Source: an archaeon GW2011_AR19 (GTDB lineage: Archaea; Nanobdellota; Nanobdellia; Pacearchaeales; GW2011-AR1). Taken from it: 64,000 nucleotides of DNA. Shown one piece after another: positions 45,212 through 55,510 of the stretch (positions are counted from its first letter, which is position 1; every line of letters starts with the position of its first letter). Both the position numbers and the translations under genes were made by a program. The stretch covers positions 43,569-107,568 of the forward strand of contig JWKY01000001.1 of NCBI GenBank assembly GCA_000806015.1. The letters run 5' to 3'. The notes beneath the pieces are model-generated. The model was not told where the DNA came from and did not search any database. It saw only the letters and a list, made by a program, of their open reading frames with translations.

Positions 45212-46440
45212 TTTCTAACAAAAATAAAAGCCCCTATAAAGGTTATTATAGTAGAGAACATAAATGCAAGAGTAAATTGTTTAATGTCTGCATTAAATAA
45301 AAATAGCAAAATTATCTCTATAACTAAAAAGAGGATAATTAATAATAAATGGGGTAAATTAAATTCGTCTGTTGAGATTCTATATAATATAAGAATATTT
45401 AGAAAAGCTATCAAGCTAAACGCGATTCCAAGATATGGCAATAATTCTGCTATTTCTAAATACTGGCTGCCAAATAATAATTTTATTGTCAGTTCTGGAA
45501 GAATAATAAAAAGAGCGACAGCAGCGGCGCATAATATAAAAACATACAGCGAGGCTTTTTTAATGATTCCGCTTGTTTTGGCTTTTGCATAATGTCTTTC
45601 AGCGCTTATAGGAAACATCGCATTTCCAATAGACATTGTAGAAAATAAAATCATTTTTCCTATTGTTGAAAGCACTGCATACTGGCCTGCAATTTCACTT
45701 GAAAAAAACACCCTTGCTAAAATTACATCAATGCTGTAAATAAAAACAAAAACTAAAATTGAACCAAAAATCAAGCTATTTTCTTTAGTTAAAATTTTTG
45801 TCCCATCATTATCTCTTTTAGCGTTTATTATTTCCTTTATATACGGCAAAGCAAGAATAAAACCAAAAACCATTCCTAAAATAAAACCTAAAATAGCTCC
45901 ATAAACTTTAAATCCAAAAATTACAAGAATTATTGCAACTACAATTTTTATAAAAAAAACTAAAAGAGTGTTCCAGCCAAGAGCTGAGAATTTTTTCATT
46001 CCCTGCAAAGAGCCCGCAGCAAGAGGGTAAACAAATGAGGCAATTATTAAAGTTCCTGTTAAAACTAAAAGCCAAAAAGAAATATTAAGGGGTTTTATAA
46101 TAAAAAAAGACAAGATTACAAAAAGAATAAAAACAATAAGCGAGAAAATAAATAATTTTTTTAAAAAACTAAAAAACAAGCCACCCATTTTATTGTATTC
46201 TTTTGTTGCATTGAATATTGCAATTTTTTTTGATACAGCAGTTTGTATCGCTAATGTCGGAATTGTAAAAATATATGTAAAACTTATTAAAACAGCAAGA
46301 ATTCCATAGTCTGAAGGCCCAAGCATTCTCGCCATAATAATTTGATAAAGATAATTAATTAGATTTCCAATATTAATTAAAACAAAAAGAATTAAACTTC
46401 CTCTAAAAAGTTCATTTTTCTTAATTTTTTCAAAAATCAT
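45193..46440 (-). CDS. Wzx/AglR-type oligosaccharide flippase (polysaccharide biosynthesis protein family)
   Basis: 415 aa with about 12 TM helices. Its position is between the OST and the lipid-linked GT genes. Confidence 0.65.
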   Translation of the reverse strand: MIFEKIKKNELFRGSLILFVLINIGNLINYLYQIIMARMLGPSDYGILAVLISFTYIFTIPTLAIQTAVSKKIAIFNATKEYNKMGGLFFSFLKKLFIFSLIVFILFVILSFFIIKPLNISFWLLVLTGTLIIASFVYPLAAGSLQGMKKFSALGWNTLLVFFIKIVVAIILVIFGFKVYGAILGFILGMVFGFILALPYIKEIINAKRDNDGTKILTKENSLIFGSILVFVFIYSIDVILARVFFSSEIAGQYAVLSTIGKMILFSTMSIGNAMFPISAERHYAKAKTSGIIKKASLYVFILCAAAVALFIILPELTIKLLFGSQYLEIAELLPYLGIAFSLIAFLNILILYRISTDEFNLPHLLLIILFLVIEIILLFLFNADIKQFTLAFMFSTIITFIGAFIFVRKWKKSA

Positions 46441-46441
46441 T

Positions 46442-49195
46442 TTACAATTCCCAACTTAAATATTTTGAAGAATCTCTGTCAAGGTATTCTTGTTTTTTTT
46501 CCTCGTTTCCAGTATATTTAATTTCCCAGATTTTTATAGGCCCCTGAATTCCCTGATAATAAACAAATTCATTTAAATTTACACCTTGTTTTTTTAGCTC
46601 GCTGACTATTAAATTATCTTCTGAATGAACTAATTTAAAGTTTAAGAATTTGTTAAAAGGATCATTTAATAAATATTTTTGGGCAAAATATCCCCTCATA
46701 ACCCGAGGAGAAATATAAATCATGCTTCCAAAATCATCCATCTTGACCTGTCCGTTAACAACCTCTATTTTTTGAATTATCTTTATAGTCCCTTCTAATC
46801 CGCTTCCAAAATCAACAAATTTATTATTATATTCTAAATATCTTAAAGGAAGATTATATTGCTGGCCATTATAAACAAAAACTCCTGTTGGCTGAATAAA
46901 ACTCAGGCTTTCATTATTTTGAGAACTCTGGAGGATTACCCCCCCGATTCCTGCTGCTCCAGACGGCAGGAAAATTTCTGAATTATTTAAATTGTAAATT
47001 ATATCTTCATCTAATCCAACTCCCCCGCTATAAACTCTCATCATTCCAGAACTTGTTTCTCTGCTTTGGCTTTTGTCGAAATGAATTGTTGGAATAAAAG
47101 ATAATCGATCATAATTCTCGCTGCTGCCAATGCTTGAAAACGCCCCGTATTTTCCAATATCTGAAGAATCTATTAATAAATAATTTGCATCATGGCTATA
47201 TAAAAATTCTAAAGCATCTTTTTGATTATCGCCAGTCAAGACTAATCTTCCAGTTAAGTAATTCCACCAGACAACCATGTTTCCACCGTCTGTAACTGTC
47301 GCTCTCTCTCCTATTGATTGAAGCCAGTAACCATAATCCCACCAGTGCGCAAAAACACTATTTTGAGGGGTTTCATCTCTGACCCATTTCATTGCTTTTT
47401 GCCATTGTTGATTATAAGCAGATGGAACAGCATTATATGCCTGGGATTTAATTTCTTTATAATATGAAATAAATATAAATATTGTCAAGACAATTAAAAT
47501 TATTGCAATAATTCCTAAAAATAATCTTTTTTCTTCTTTTGAATTTTTAAATGAGAAAATTGACTGGTCAATTAAATATCCAACGAATATTGGAACAATT
47601 GGTCCGAGAATCATAACTAATCTTACAGCACTTCTGGCGCTGAATAATGCAAGAACTAATAAAGACAACAAAAGCAGAGAGCTATATTCTATTTTTTCAA
47701 AACCTTTGTGTTTTTCTTTTTGATATTTAACATAATAATAAATAAAAAATCCGACTAAAAGAGCAATTGATAAAAGAAAAAAAGTTTTGCTTATGAAATT
47801 TTCTCCATTAAACATGCTTGAGGGAGAATATCTTGAAAACATTAATCCAGATAAAAATAAAACAAATAAACCAGTTAGTATCCATGAATCTTTTTTCTTA
47901 ATTTCATTTAACATTTTTTTAAAGAAAACTATTGAGCCAATAAAAAATAACCAGAACATTATTGGAATCGCTTTAATGAATGGTCCGAAACTTCCAACCC
48001 ATTCAGTAAAATAAGGCTGTTTATTTTCTGCAACTGTCTGATTCCATCTTCCTGTTACAGGTTTAAAAAGAGTATTGTTAATCTGTTTTATTTTGTCGGA
48101 TAGCATTGAAGGATTTATAATAAGAGCGATTATTAAAAGCGCTAAAACCAGAACCAAAATTGAAATTATATTTTTTGGAAGATTTATTTTCTTTAAAAAT
48201 TTATTTTCAGAAATTTTTGTATTCCATAGTAGAAGGTGCAAAAATAATAGCATTAGTAAAATAAATGTGGCACTGTTTATCAAGGAAGATGAAATAAAAC
48301 TAACATGGCCTTTTCCAGGAAGAAGAGATAAAAACAATCTTGCAGAAATCCACCATGAAGAATAAACAATTATTTCTTTCTTTTTAAATTTGTTTAAAAT
48401 AAATGCAGTAAAACTCGCGGCAAAAGTTGCCCAATATAAATAAGCAGATAATCCAGATACTAATGCCATACCTGCAGTCGCAGCTCCTGCTAAAATTCCG
48501 TAAATTAAAGCATGTTTTATTTTTTCAGATTTCCAGGCTTTTAAAAATAAAAATAACGCAAGAAATAAAAAGAAAAACATTGCAGATTCTTTTTCTGGAA
48601 TGCCTGCAACTGTCCTTGATAATAAAATTGGAATTACAATCATTAAAAATGTAGAAATTAAAGAAATTATGTTTGCGCGAATTTTGCTTAATTTAGACTC
48701 TCTTGCAAAAAGTTCTCTTACAAATAAGAAAAAAACGATTATTGTCAGCGCAAAAATGATTACAGGAAATAGCGCTGCTCCAAATTCAACATTCGCCTGC
48801 GGATAAAAAATCTTTGAGAGTTTGTAAGCCAAGGCAACCATATACGGGAGCAAAACTGTTTCTTCTGATGTTTTAAATCCAAGAGGAACATTTCTCATTG
48901 TGTCTATCTCTGGAATTGACCCTTCATTTACAATTAATTTTGCCATTCTTGTAAATAGCCAGGGATCTAAATCAGGTCCGAGCGTCCAAGTATTTGTTGC
49001 AACATCCCAAAGTCCGGGATTTCCGCCATGATCTGACATAGGCAAACTTCTAATATATATTCCAAGAATTAAAGCAATTATTAAGAGACCAATCACCCAA
49101 ACTTCCGGCTTTTTAAGAAAATTTATTATTTTGTCTTTTCTTATTTTAATTAATTCATCTTCGCTATTTGATTTATTTTCGGCTAAACTTTCCAT
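46442..49195 (-). CDS. aglB: oligosaccharyltransferase AglB (STT3 family)
   Basis: 917 aa with about 13 N-terminal TM helices plus a C-terminal soluble domain. The hallmark WWDYGYW motif is at aa 618-624 (nt 47324..47344). An acidic first-loop motif is present (GPDLDPW). Confidence 0.9.
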   Translation of the reverse strand: MESLAENKSNSEDELIKIRKDKIINFLKKPEVWVIGLLIIALILGIYIRSLPMSDHGGNPGLWDVATNTWTLGPDLDPWLFTRMAKLIVNEGSIPEIDTMRNVPLGFKTSEETVLLPYMVALAYKLSKIFYPQANVEFGAALFPVIIFALTIIVFFLFVRELFARESKLSKIRANIISLISTFLMIVIPILLSRTVAGIPEKESAMFFFLFLALFLFLKAWKSEKIKHALIYGILAGAATAGMALVSGLSAYLYWATFAASFTAFILNKFKKKEIIVYSSWWISARLFLSLLPGKGHVSFISSSLINSATFILLMLLFLHLLLWNTKISENKFLKKINLPKNIISILVLVLALLIIALIINPSMLSDKIKQINNTLFKPVTGRWNQTVAENKQPYFTEWVGSFGPFIKAIPIMFWLFFIGSIVFFKKMLNEIKKKDSWILTGLFVLFLSGLMFSRYSPSSMFNGENFISKTFFLLSIALLVGFFIYYYVKYQKEKHKGFEKIEYSSLLLLSLLVLALFSARSAVRLVMILGPIVPIFVGYLIDQSIFSFKNSKEEKRLFLGIIAIILIVLTIFIFISYYKEIKSQAYNAVPSAYNQQWQKAMKWVRDETPQNSVFAHWWDYGYWLQSIGERATVTDGGNMVVWWNYLTGRLVLTGDNQKDALEFLYSHDANYLLIDSSDIGKYGAFSSIGSSENYDRLSFIPTIHFDKSQSRETSSGMMRVYSGGVGLDEDIIYNLNNSEIFLPSGAAGIGGVILQSSQNNESLSFIQPTGVFVYNGQQYNLPLRYLEYNNKFVDFGSGLEGTIKIIQKIEVVNGQVKMDDFGSMIYISPRVMRGYFAQKYLLNDPFNKFLNFKLVHSEDNLIVSELKKQGVNLNEFVYYQGIQGPIKIWEIKYTGNEEKKQEYLDRDSSKYLSWEL

Positions 49196-49230
49196 TTTTA
49201 GATTAGAATAATTTTATATTTAAAGCTTTG

Positions 49231-50220
49231 TTATACCATGAAAATCCAAAATCCGAGCAAGATAATCATTATCTGAAATCCATTAATTAAATAGACGACA
49301 TCTGTTTCATAAACTTTTTTTGACGGCTTTATTTTTTTCAAAAGTTTTATTGCTAAATGTTCCAATCCATATATTTTCTCATAAGGCATCTCCAAACTTC
49401 TATCTTTATTTAGCTTTGCAAAACTTTCTTTTCTAAGCCATCCTCTTAATTTTAAAATTGTTTCAAGGATATATGGAATAAAAAAGAATAATGCGATTTT
49501 TTCAATGTTTCCGAGGATGGCAATTACTGCAATCAGCGCTCCAACAGGATAAGTTAAAGTATCTCCGGGAAATATTTTTGCAGGATATTTGTTAAATATG
49601 TAAAAAGCGATTAAAGCCGCAACCATACATAATGCAATTATGCTTAACCAGGAATTTCCAGTTAAAAAAGTTACAATAGACAGTGCAGATAAAATTAAAA
49701 TTCCCTGACTTGCTTCTAATCCGTTGTATCCAGCTAAAAAATTAAAAGTTGTTGATGCTCCTACAATTCCTATTGGAATTAAAAATAATGGATATACTAA
49801 TCCAAAATCTATTCCAAATAGAATGGATTCTCCGGCATTTATTACCATCAGAGGGATAGCAGCAAAAAGCATCATCACAATCCTCATTGATTTGCTTAAG
49901 CCCTTTTTCCAGCCCAATAAATCATCTATTGAACCAAGCATAGTGGCAATAAATAAAGTTGTTAAAATTGCAAATATAGAAGATAAAAATTCACTTCTTT
50001 TAAAATAAAAAGTATTTATTGCAATATATAATAATACACCGATTGAAAATCCAAACATGACGCTGACTCCACCGCCTTCTGCAATCTTTTTTTTATCTTG
50101 TTTATGCATATCTTTTCCAACTAAATTCTCTTGATTGGCTTTTCTTATCCAAAAGGGAATTATAAAAAGAGCGCAGAAAAAACTAATTAATATTGTTGCT
50201 AATAATAATATTTCCACCAT
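49231..50220 (-). CDS. aglH: dolichyl-phosphate HexNAc-1-phosphate transferase (GPT/Alg7/AglH, MraY-WecA superfamily)
   Basis: DMHKQDKKKIAEGGG (D..K....P..GG). NFLAGYNGLEA matches the eukaryotic/archaeal GPT NAINILAGINGLE. IDDLLG and PGDTLTY motifs. 10 TM helices. Confidence 0.8.
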   Translation of the reverse strand: MVEILLLATILISFFCALFIIPFWIRKANQENLVGKDMHKQDKKKIAEGGGVSVMFGFSIGVLLYIAINTFYFKRSEFLSSIFAILTTLFIATMLGSIDDLLGWKKGLSKSMRIVMMLFAAIPLMVINAGESILFGIDFGLVYPLFLIPIGIVGASTTFNFLAGYNGLEASQGILILSALSIVTFLTGNSWLSIIALCMVAALIAFYIFNKYPAKIFPGDTLTYPVGALIAVIAILGNIEKIALFFFIPYILETILKLRGWLRKESFAKLNKDRSLEMPYEKIYGLEHLAIKLLKKIKPSKKVYETDVVYLINGFQIMIILLGFWIFMV

Positions 50221-50578
50221 TTTTATTATATGCTGAGAGAATTTTTAAAGGTATTTATGTACAATGCCTGCTCACTCTGTTCGCAGAATTTATTTGCTAC
50301 GAAATAGATTTCATCATATTTCTTCGCTAAAAGAAAAGGCTTATCGCGGTAATACTTTTGAAAGGCTGGATTAATCCTTAAATAAATTAATGAATAAAAG
50401 CTGTTTGGAGTAATATCCTAAATAAATCCTCGCGACTTTGGAGTGAGCAATTTAGCATCTAAGAAAAATATAATTTTTAGTCCGAAAATTACCCAATCAT
50501 CAATATTTTTATTATATATTCATTATTAAATGATAACAAAATCGAAAGATTTATATAGCTCATTTCTTTTTAGTTATT

Positions 50579-51091
50579 ATGGAAATAATAAAAAAAGTAT
50601 GGAAAGGAATATGGAAAGACTCTCCTCATGTTACTGCTTATGGTGGCGGGATGCCTTCTATCGGTTGTTTTGGAATTACAGCTTTAGTGACTTTTGGTAT
50701 TGCGGGTCTTTTTGTGTATGCTCTTAAATCTGGTTTTGATAAACACGTGAAAGAAGAAAATCCTAATCTACAAAAAAGCAACTCTTTTATTACAGCGAAA
50801 GTTTTAGATGAATTTTATGAAAAAGTAGACAATCGTTCCAATTATACTTTAAGATGCCTTACTGACAAAAATAAAGAAATGTATATCTCTATAACAGATG
50901 CTCTAACTAAAAAGAAAGAATCTTTAGATTCATTAATAAATAAAGGAGATAAAATAACCTTTCCTAAGGGAAATCTTTCTGAAAATATTGGTTTTATTTC
51001 AGGTTATCATGAGATTGAAGAAGAAATTTATTTTACAGATTCTACTAAAGTTGGAAATAAATGCGCAGATAGAATAAAAGTTCTAAAATGA
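50579..51091 (+). CDS. membrane-anchored hypothetical protein (single TM, extracytoplasmic domain)
   Basis: TM IGCFGITALVTFGIAGLFVYAL. The stop overlaps the PHP gene start (ATGA). Confidence 0.35.
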   Translation: MEIIKKVWKGIWKDSPHVTAYGGGMPSIGCFGITALVTFGIAGLFVYALKSGFDKHVKEENPNLQKSNSFITAKVLDEFYEKVDNRSNYTLRCLTDKNKEMYISITDALTKKKESLDSLINKGDKITFPKGNLSENIGFISGYHEIEEEIYFTDSTKVGNKCADRIKVLK

Positions 51092-51933
51092 AAAAAATAA
51101 AAGCAGATTTGCATAATCATCTGAGGTCAAGCAGTATTTTGGAAAATTCTGACTTTAATAATTCAGTTGATATTGCATCTAAAAAATTAGGCAGCGGAGC
51201 TTGTTTTGGATTGATTAATATGCATGACAGGAGATATGAAAAATTTGCTGATTTAAAAGGTTATGAAAGAGAATGGGTTGGAGAAAATAGAAACGCGATT
51301 TATATTCCTGAAAAAGATGTTTTGGTTATTAGAGGTCAAGAGGTGACAACAAAGCAAGGGCATTTATTAGTTTTAGGTTTAGGATATGATGTTCATTTAA
51401 AAAATTCAATATCTTTAGAAGATACTTTAAAAAAAGCAAAAGATAATAACGGAACCATAATTGCTGACCATCCTTTTTATATAGAAGGAATAGGAAAATC
51501 TCTGGAAAAAAATATGCAATTATTAAAATATTTTGATGCTATTGAAATTTATAATGGAGAAGCGACTTTTGGTTTGCCGATAGGACCTTTCCCAAAAAAT
51601 GCCAATGAAAAAGCTCAAAAATTTTATAATGAGATAAAAGAGGATTTCCCACATTTAGGGGCAATATCTTCTTCTGACGGACATTCAATTTCTGAGATAG
51701 GTTCAAGCTATACAGAGATTAACTCTCTTGATATTGCAAATAAAAAAAATTTTGTTTATTCTTTAAGAGATTCTGTAAGGGGCGCAAATTTGGATGATTG
51801 CAAAAAAATGAACTCTTCATTTTTTAGTTCTATGAAACATATAAGTGAATTAGTCGGAATAATTGCATCTGAAAAAATTGGCTACAAAGGTTTTAAAACA
51901 GAACGGCCCGATGAATTGGAGTTGAGTATTTGA
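51088..51933 (+). CDS. PHP-domain metal-dependent phosphoesterase
   Basis: DLHNHL, GHLLVLG and ADHPFY motifs of the PHP (polymerase/histidinol-phosphatase) fold. Confidence 0.65.
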   Translation: MKKIKADLHNHLRSSSILENSDFNNSVDIASKKLGSGACFGLINMHDRRYEKFADLKGYEREWVGENRNAIYIPEKDVLVIRGQEVTTKQGHLLVLGLGYDVHLKNSISLEDTLKKAKDNNGTIIADHPFYIEGIGKSLEKNMQLLKYFDAIEIYNGEATFGLPIGPFPKNANEKAQKFYNEIKEDFPHLGAISSSDGHSISEIGSSYTEINSLDIANKKNFVYSLRDSVRGANLDDCKKMNSSFFSSMKHISELVGIIASEKIGYKGFKTERPDELELSI

Positions 51934-51938
51934 TTTTT

Positions 51939-52361
51939 TTATTTCCACCCCAGAAAAATTATTCCAATAGTTGTCAGTAGAACCCCAACAAGTTTTAAAG
52001 GCGTTAATTCTGATTTAAACAAAAATATTGATGCAAATAATACTGCAACTCCACTCGCAGAAATTATTGCTTGAGTATACCCTGGATTTTCTGCAAATTT
52101 AAAGGAATATGTCGCTGCAAGATTTCCAAAAAGAGCAAGCACTCCTGCAAGAATAAGAAAGATAATCCAGATGTTTGGAACTATAATATTTTGCTTAGTG
52201 ACTATTGCTGTTATTAAAAATAGTGCAAATGTAAACGCCATTAAATATAGTCCAAAAATTATAGGATGTATTCCAAGATTAAGAAGATGTTTTTGAATCA
52301 AGGTAATTCCTGCAAACATAAATAAACTTGCAAAAGCCAATAAAAACCAATTCATTTTCAC
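51939..52361 (-). CDS. small 4-TM EamA/DMT-superfamily membrane protein (ArnE/F- or SMR-sized)
   Basis: 140 aa with four hydrophobic helices and an EamA-like half-transporter architecture. Confidence 0.5.
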   Translation of the reverse strand: MKMNWFLLAFASLFMFAGITLIQKHLLNLGIHPIIFGLYLMAFTFALFLITAIVTKQNIIVPNIWIIFLILAGVLALFGNLAATYSFKFAENPGYTQAIISASGVAVLFASIFLFKSELTPLKLVGVLLTTIGIIFLGWK

Positions 52362-52441
52362 TATATTTATTAATGCTTATTAAGTATAAAAAACTTTCTT
52401 AAATCAGGTAGAAATTTAAATAAAGAATACTTAACCAATTT

Positions 52442-53266
52442 ATGAAAACTTACAAACTATCTTTACACTCCCATACAACAAATTTTATTCATTTTATCCT
52501 AACAAAACCAAACAAGAAAAAATATTTAAAAAAGCTTTTGAAAATTTTATTTATAAAAAAAGGAAATTTAGTTTTAGGAATATCTAATTTTAACGATGAT
52601 GACAGGTACAAAAAACTTCTTGAAACTGCCGAGAAACTAAAACTTTATAGATTTGACGGAAAAAATAAGGATTTTTTCTTTTCAATAGAAAAAGATAATA
52701 AAAAAGTTTATTTTATCAAAACTGATGAAATTGAAACAGATAAAGGCCATCTTTTGATTGTGGGATTTAAAGGTAAAATTAGAAAAAGAAAATTAGAAGA
52801 AGTTTTGAAAGAAGTGCATAAACAAAAGTGTATTATTATTGCAAATCATCCTCTCCATAATTTTGGAGTGCCTTATTTTTTAGTAGAGAAGATTTTAGGA
52901 AAATATAATGGTGTAAGTTTTAATAAAAAAGAATTAATGAAATATAAAAAAGATTTTGATGCAATTGAGTTAGATGCTTATTTTCCTGAAGATTGGATAA
53001 AAATTAAAAAATTTGCAACTAAAAATAAAATTCCTATAATTTCCGATTCAGACGCTCATTTTTTAGATGAAATATTTACTTCTTTTTATGAAATAGAAAA
53101 TTTAAATTTTAGTAATCCGACTTCGTTCAAAAAATCCTTAAAAAATGCTCTAAAAAAAAGGATTCATTTGCATGCAAAGAAATACGGTTATCTTGCAAGA
53201 TATAAACATCTTTTTGAAGTGATTTTAGAAAATTTTGGAAGGAAAATAGGTTTGCTTAAATCCTAA
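52442..53266 (+). CDS. PHP-domain metal-dependent phosphoesterase (paralog)
   Basis: LSLHSHTTNF, KGHLLIVGF, ANHPLHNFG and ISDSDAH motifs. Confidence 0.6.
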   Translation: MKTYKLSLHSHTTNFIHFILTKPNKKKYLKKLLKILFIKKGNLVLGISNFNDDDRYKKLLETAEKLKLYRFDGKNKDFFFSIEKDNKKVYFIKTDEIETDKGHLLIVGFKGKIRKRKLEEVLKEVHKQKCIIIANHPLHNFGVPYFLVEKILGKYNGVSFNKKELMKYKKDFDAIELDAYFPEDWIKIKKFATKNKIPIISDSDAHFLDEIFTSFYEIENLNFSNPTSFKKSLKNALKKRIHLHAKKYGYLARYKHLFEVILENFGRKIGLLKS

Positions 53267-54120
53267 TTAAACAACATCGGAGTAAAATAAACTTCAATAA
53301 TCCCCCCAATAAGGATAAGAATAATTGCTATAAATAATAACATAATGCTGTGCTGCAATACTTTATAGAATCTTTCGTCTTTTATTCCGTGTCTTAAAAT
53401 TCCCACTCCAAAAATTCCCCCTGCGAGCGCCGCCACAAAATAAGCGCCTATTTCCGGCAATCCATGAATCATATATCTCGCAATTCCAAGGGGAATTTCC
53501 TGAATAGAATATTTTGTGAAAACTCCTATTGCTGCAGCAATTACGCTAGCATTCCATATTAAAATAAAAATTGCTCCGGCCCCGAAAATTAATGAAAAAA
53601 TTAAAGTAAAAATCATTACATACACATTATTTTCAATTATAGAAAGCAGTCTTGTTTCTTTTAAAACTGCGCCAGACACTTTATCTGGCCCCATAATATA
53701 TTGTTCAACACAGGCATTTATATCTGTTGGATTATTTATTCTGCAATAAGTCTGCAGCTGGAAATTAAGCAGATTTGCGTCCTGCAATACAATATACCAA
53801 AAAGAAAATGCAATAACGAATCCCAAAAACAACCACATAAAAGCATAAAGCGCGTCCTTGTGGGCATTCCAGACTCCTTTAAAACCCTCTACAGTTTCAT
53901 CTTCTTTTTCTTCTTTTTTGATAATAAAATACATATAAGGCAGAGAAAACATTATTAAAAAAATGACGACCATCATTCCAGAAGCCTTTGACAAATCAGG
54001 GTCCTGCGAAAAAAACCAGTGAACTAAAATCAGCGACAGCGACGCATAAATAAGTCCGATAAAAAACATTTTCCATGGACCTTTCTGAGTTCTTTTTGGA
54101 TGAATTATATCTTCAAGCAT
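53263..54120 (-). CDS. polytopic membrane protein (SpoIIM/DUF95-like)
   Basis: About six TM helices. C-terminal HGLPEIGAYFVAALAGGIFG is typical of DUF95. Confidence 0.4.
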   Translation of the reverse strand: MLEDIIHPKRTQKGPWKMFFIGLIYASLSLILVHWFFSQDPDLSKASGMMVVIFLIMFSLPYMYFIIKKEEKEDETVEGFKGVWNAHKDALYAFMWLFLGFVIAFSFWYIVLQDANLLNFQLQTYCRINNPTDINACVEQYIMGPDKVSGAVLKETRLLSIIENNVYVMIFTLIFSLIFGAGAIFILIWNASVIAAAIGVFTKYSIQEIPLGIARYMIHGLPEIGAYFVAALAGGIFGVGILRHGIKDERFYKVLQHSIMLLFIAIILILIGGIIEVYFTPMLFN

Positions 54121-54170
54121 GCTTTATTAAAAAAAAGAGAATATTTAAAGTTTCGTGGGATGTAAATAAT

Positions 54171-54959
54171 ATGAACAAAAAAAAGGCGTTCAATAAAATT
54201 TTAAGAGATATAAAAGAAATTAAAATTCAGGGAGCAAGAAATATTGCAAAAAAAGCCCTTTATGCTTATTCTTTATTCCCAAATCAAAAATCAAAAAAGA
54301 AACTCTTTTCTTTAAGACCAACAGAGCCAATGTTAATTAATGTTCTTAATAAAATGGATAAAGAGCCTTATGAAAAAATACTAAAACATTTTGATGAATC
54401 CCAGAAAAAAATTAATGAAAATGTTTTAAAAATTATTGGAAAAAATAAAGTTATTTTTACTCACTGCCATTCAACAAATGTTTCAGGAGCTTTGATTTAT
54501 GCTAAGAAAAAAGGGGAAAAATTTGAAGTTTATAACACTGAAACCCGTCCATTATTTCAGGGAAGAAAAACTGCTAAAGAATTAAAAAAAGCAGGGATAA
54601 AAGTAACAATGTTCATAGATTCAGCTTTGGGAGTTGCATTAAAAGATGCTGAGATTATTTTTTTAGGCGCAGACGCGCTTTTAAAAAACGGAATAATAAA
54701 CAAAATAGGTTCAGGAATCATAGCAAGAATTGCTAGAGATGAAAAAATTCCCGTTTATATTGTCGCTGATTCCTGGAAATTTACAAAAAATAAAATTCCA
54801 ATAGAACAGAGAAATTTGAATGAAGTTTGGGACAAGGCTCCAAAAAATATTAAAATAAAAAATCCTGCATTTGAATTTGTTGAGAAAAAATATATTTCAG
54901 GAATTGTCAGCGAGTTGGGAGTTATGGGATATGATAAATTTGTTGGGAAAATGAAATAG
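54171..54959 (+). CDS. eIF-2B alpha/beta/delta-family protein (aIF-2B / ribose-1,5-bisphosphate isomerase-like)
   Basis: VIFTHCHSTNVSGALIYAKKKG...ETRPLFQGRKTAKEL...FLGADALLKNGIINKIGS...YIVADSWKF. The start is moved to MNKKK to avoid overlap with the upstream gene. Confidence 0.7.
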   Translation: MNKKKAFNKILRDIKEIKIQGARNIAKKALYAYSLFPNQKSKKKLFSLRPTEPMLINVLNKMDKEPYEKILKHFDESQKKINENVLKIIGKNKVIFTHCHSTNVSGALIYAKKKGEKFEVYNTETRPLFQGRKTAKELKKAGIKVTMFIDSALGVALKDAEIIFLGADALLKNGIINKIGSGIIARIARDEKIPVYIVADSWKFTKNKIPIEQRNLNEVWDKAPKNIKIKNPAFEFVEKKYISGIVSELGVMGYDKFVGKMK

Positions 54960-54993
54960 AAAAGTTTAAATACTTCGTAAGATTAGACTTACC

Positions 54994-55263
54994 ATGACTA
55001 ATATTAATATAATCAAAATGAGTTCAAAAGGACAGATTGTAATTCCTCTTGACATGAGAAAAGGAATTAAAGAGGGGGATAAATTATTTATCATCCAGAA
55101 TGAAGGAAAATTAATTATTAAAAAAGCAAGCGAATCTGATGAAAATTTTCAAGAAGATTTAGAATTTGCTAGAAGAACAGAAAAAGCATGGAAGCAGATA
55201 GAAGAAGGGAAATGTAAAACTTATACACTAAAGGAATTTAAAAAGAAACTGATAAATGGTTAA
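54994..55263 (+). CDS. AbrB/MazE/SpoVT-type antitoxin
   Basis: SSKGQIVIPLDMRKGI swapped-hairpin signature. 89 aa. Overlaps the downstream RelE-like gene by 8 nt. Confidence 0.55.
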   Translation: MTNINIIKMSSKGQIVIPLDMRKGIKEGDKLFIIQNEGKLIIKKASESDENFQEDLEFARRTEKAWKQIEEGKCKTYTLKEFKKKLING

Positions 55264-55501
55264 TGTTAAACCTTCAGAGGATTTTGAGAAAATTTTAAGC
55301 AAATTAGATAAAAGTGTAAGGATTAAAATTAATAAATTAATAGATAGAATAATTCTAAATCCAAAAATTGGGAAACATATGATGTATGATAGAAAGGGGA
55401 CAATGGAAGTTTATGCTAAACCTTTTAGGCTTTCATATTCTTATGATAAAAACGCAGATACTTTATATTTGTTGGATTTATATCATAAAAAGAAACAATA
55501 A
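55256..55501 (+). CDS. RelE/ParE-family toxin
   Basis: LNPKIGKHM...RKGTMEVYAKPFRLSYSYDKNADTLYLLDLYHKK follows the RelE/ParE pattern (L.NP..G......G..E.R....R..Y.......i.il.i.HR). Confidence 0.6.
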   Translation: MVNVKPSEDFEKILSKLDKSVRIKINKLIDRIILNPKIGKHMMYDRKGTMEVYAKPFRLSYSYDKNADTLYLLDLYHKKKQ

Positions 55502-55510
55502 ATTTTTTTA

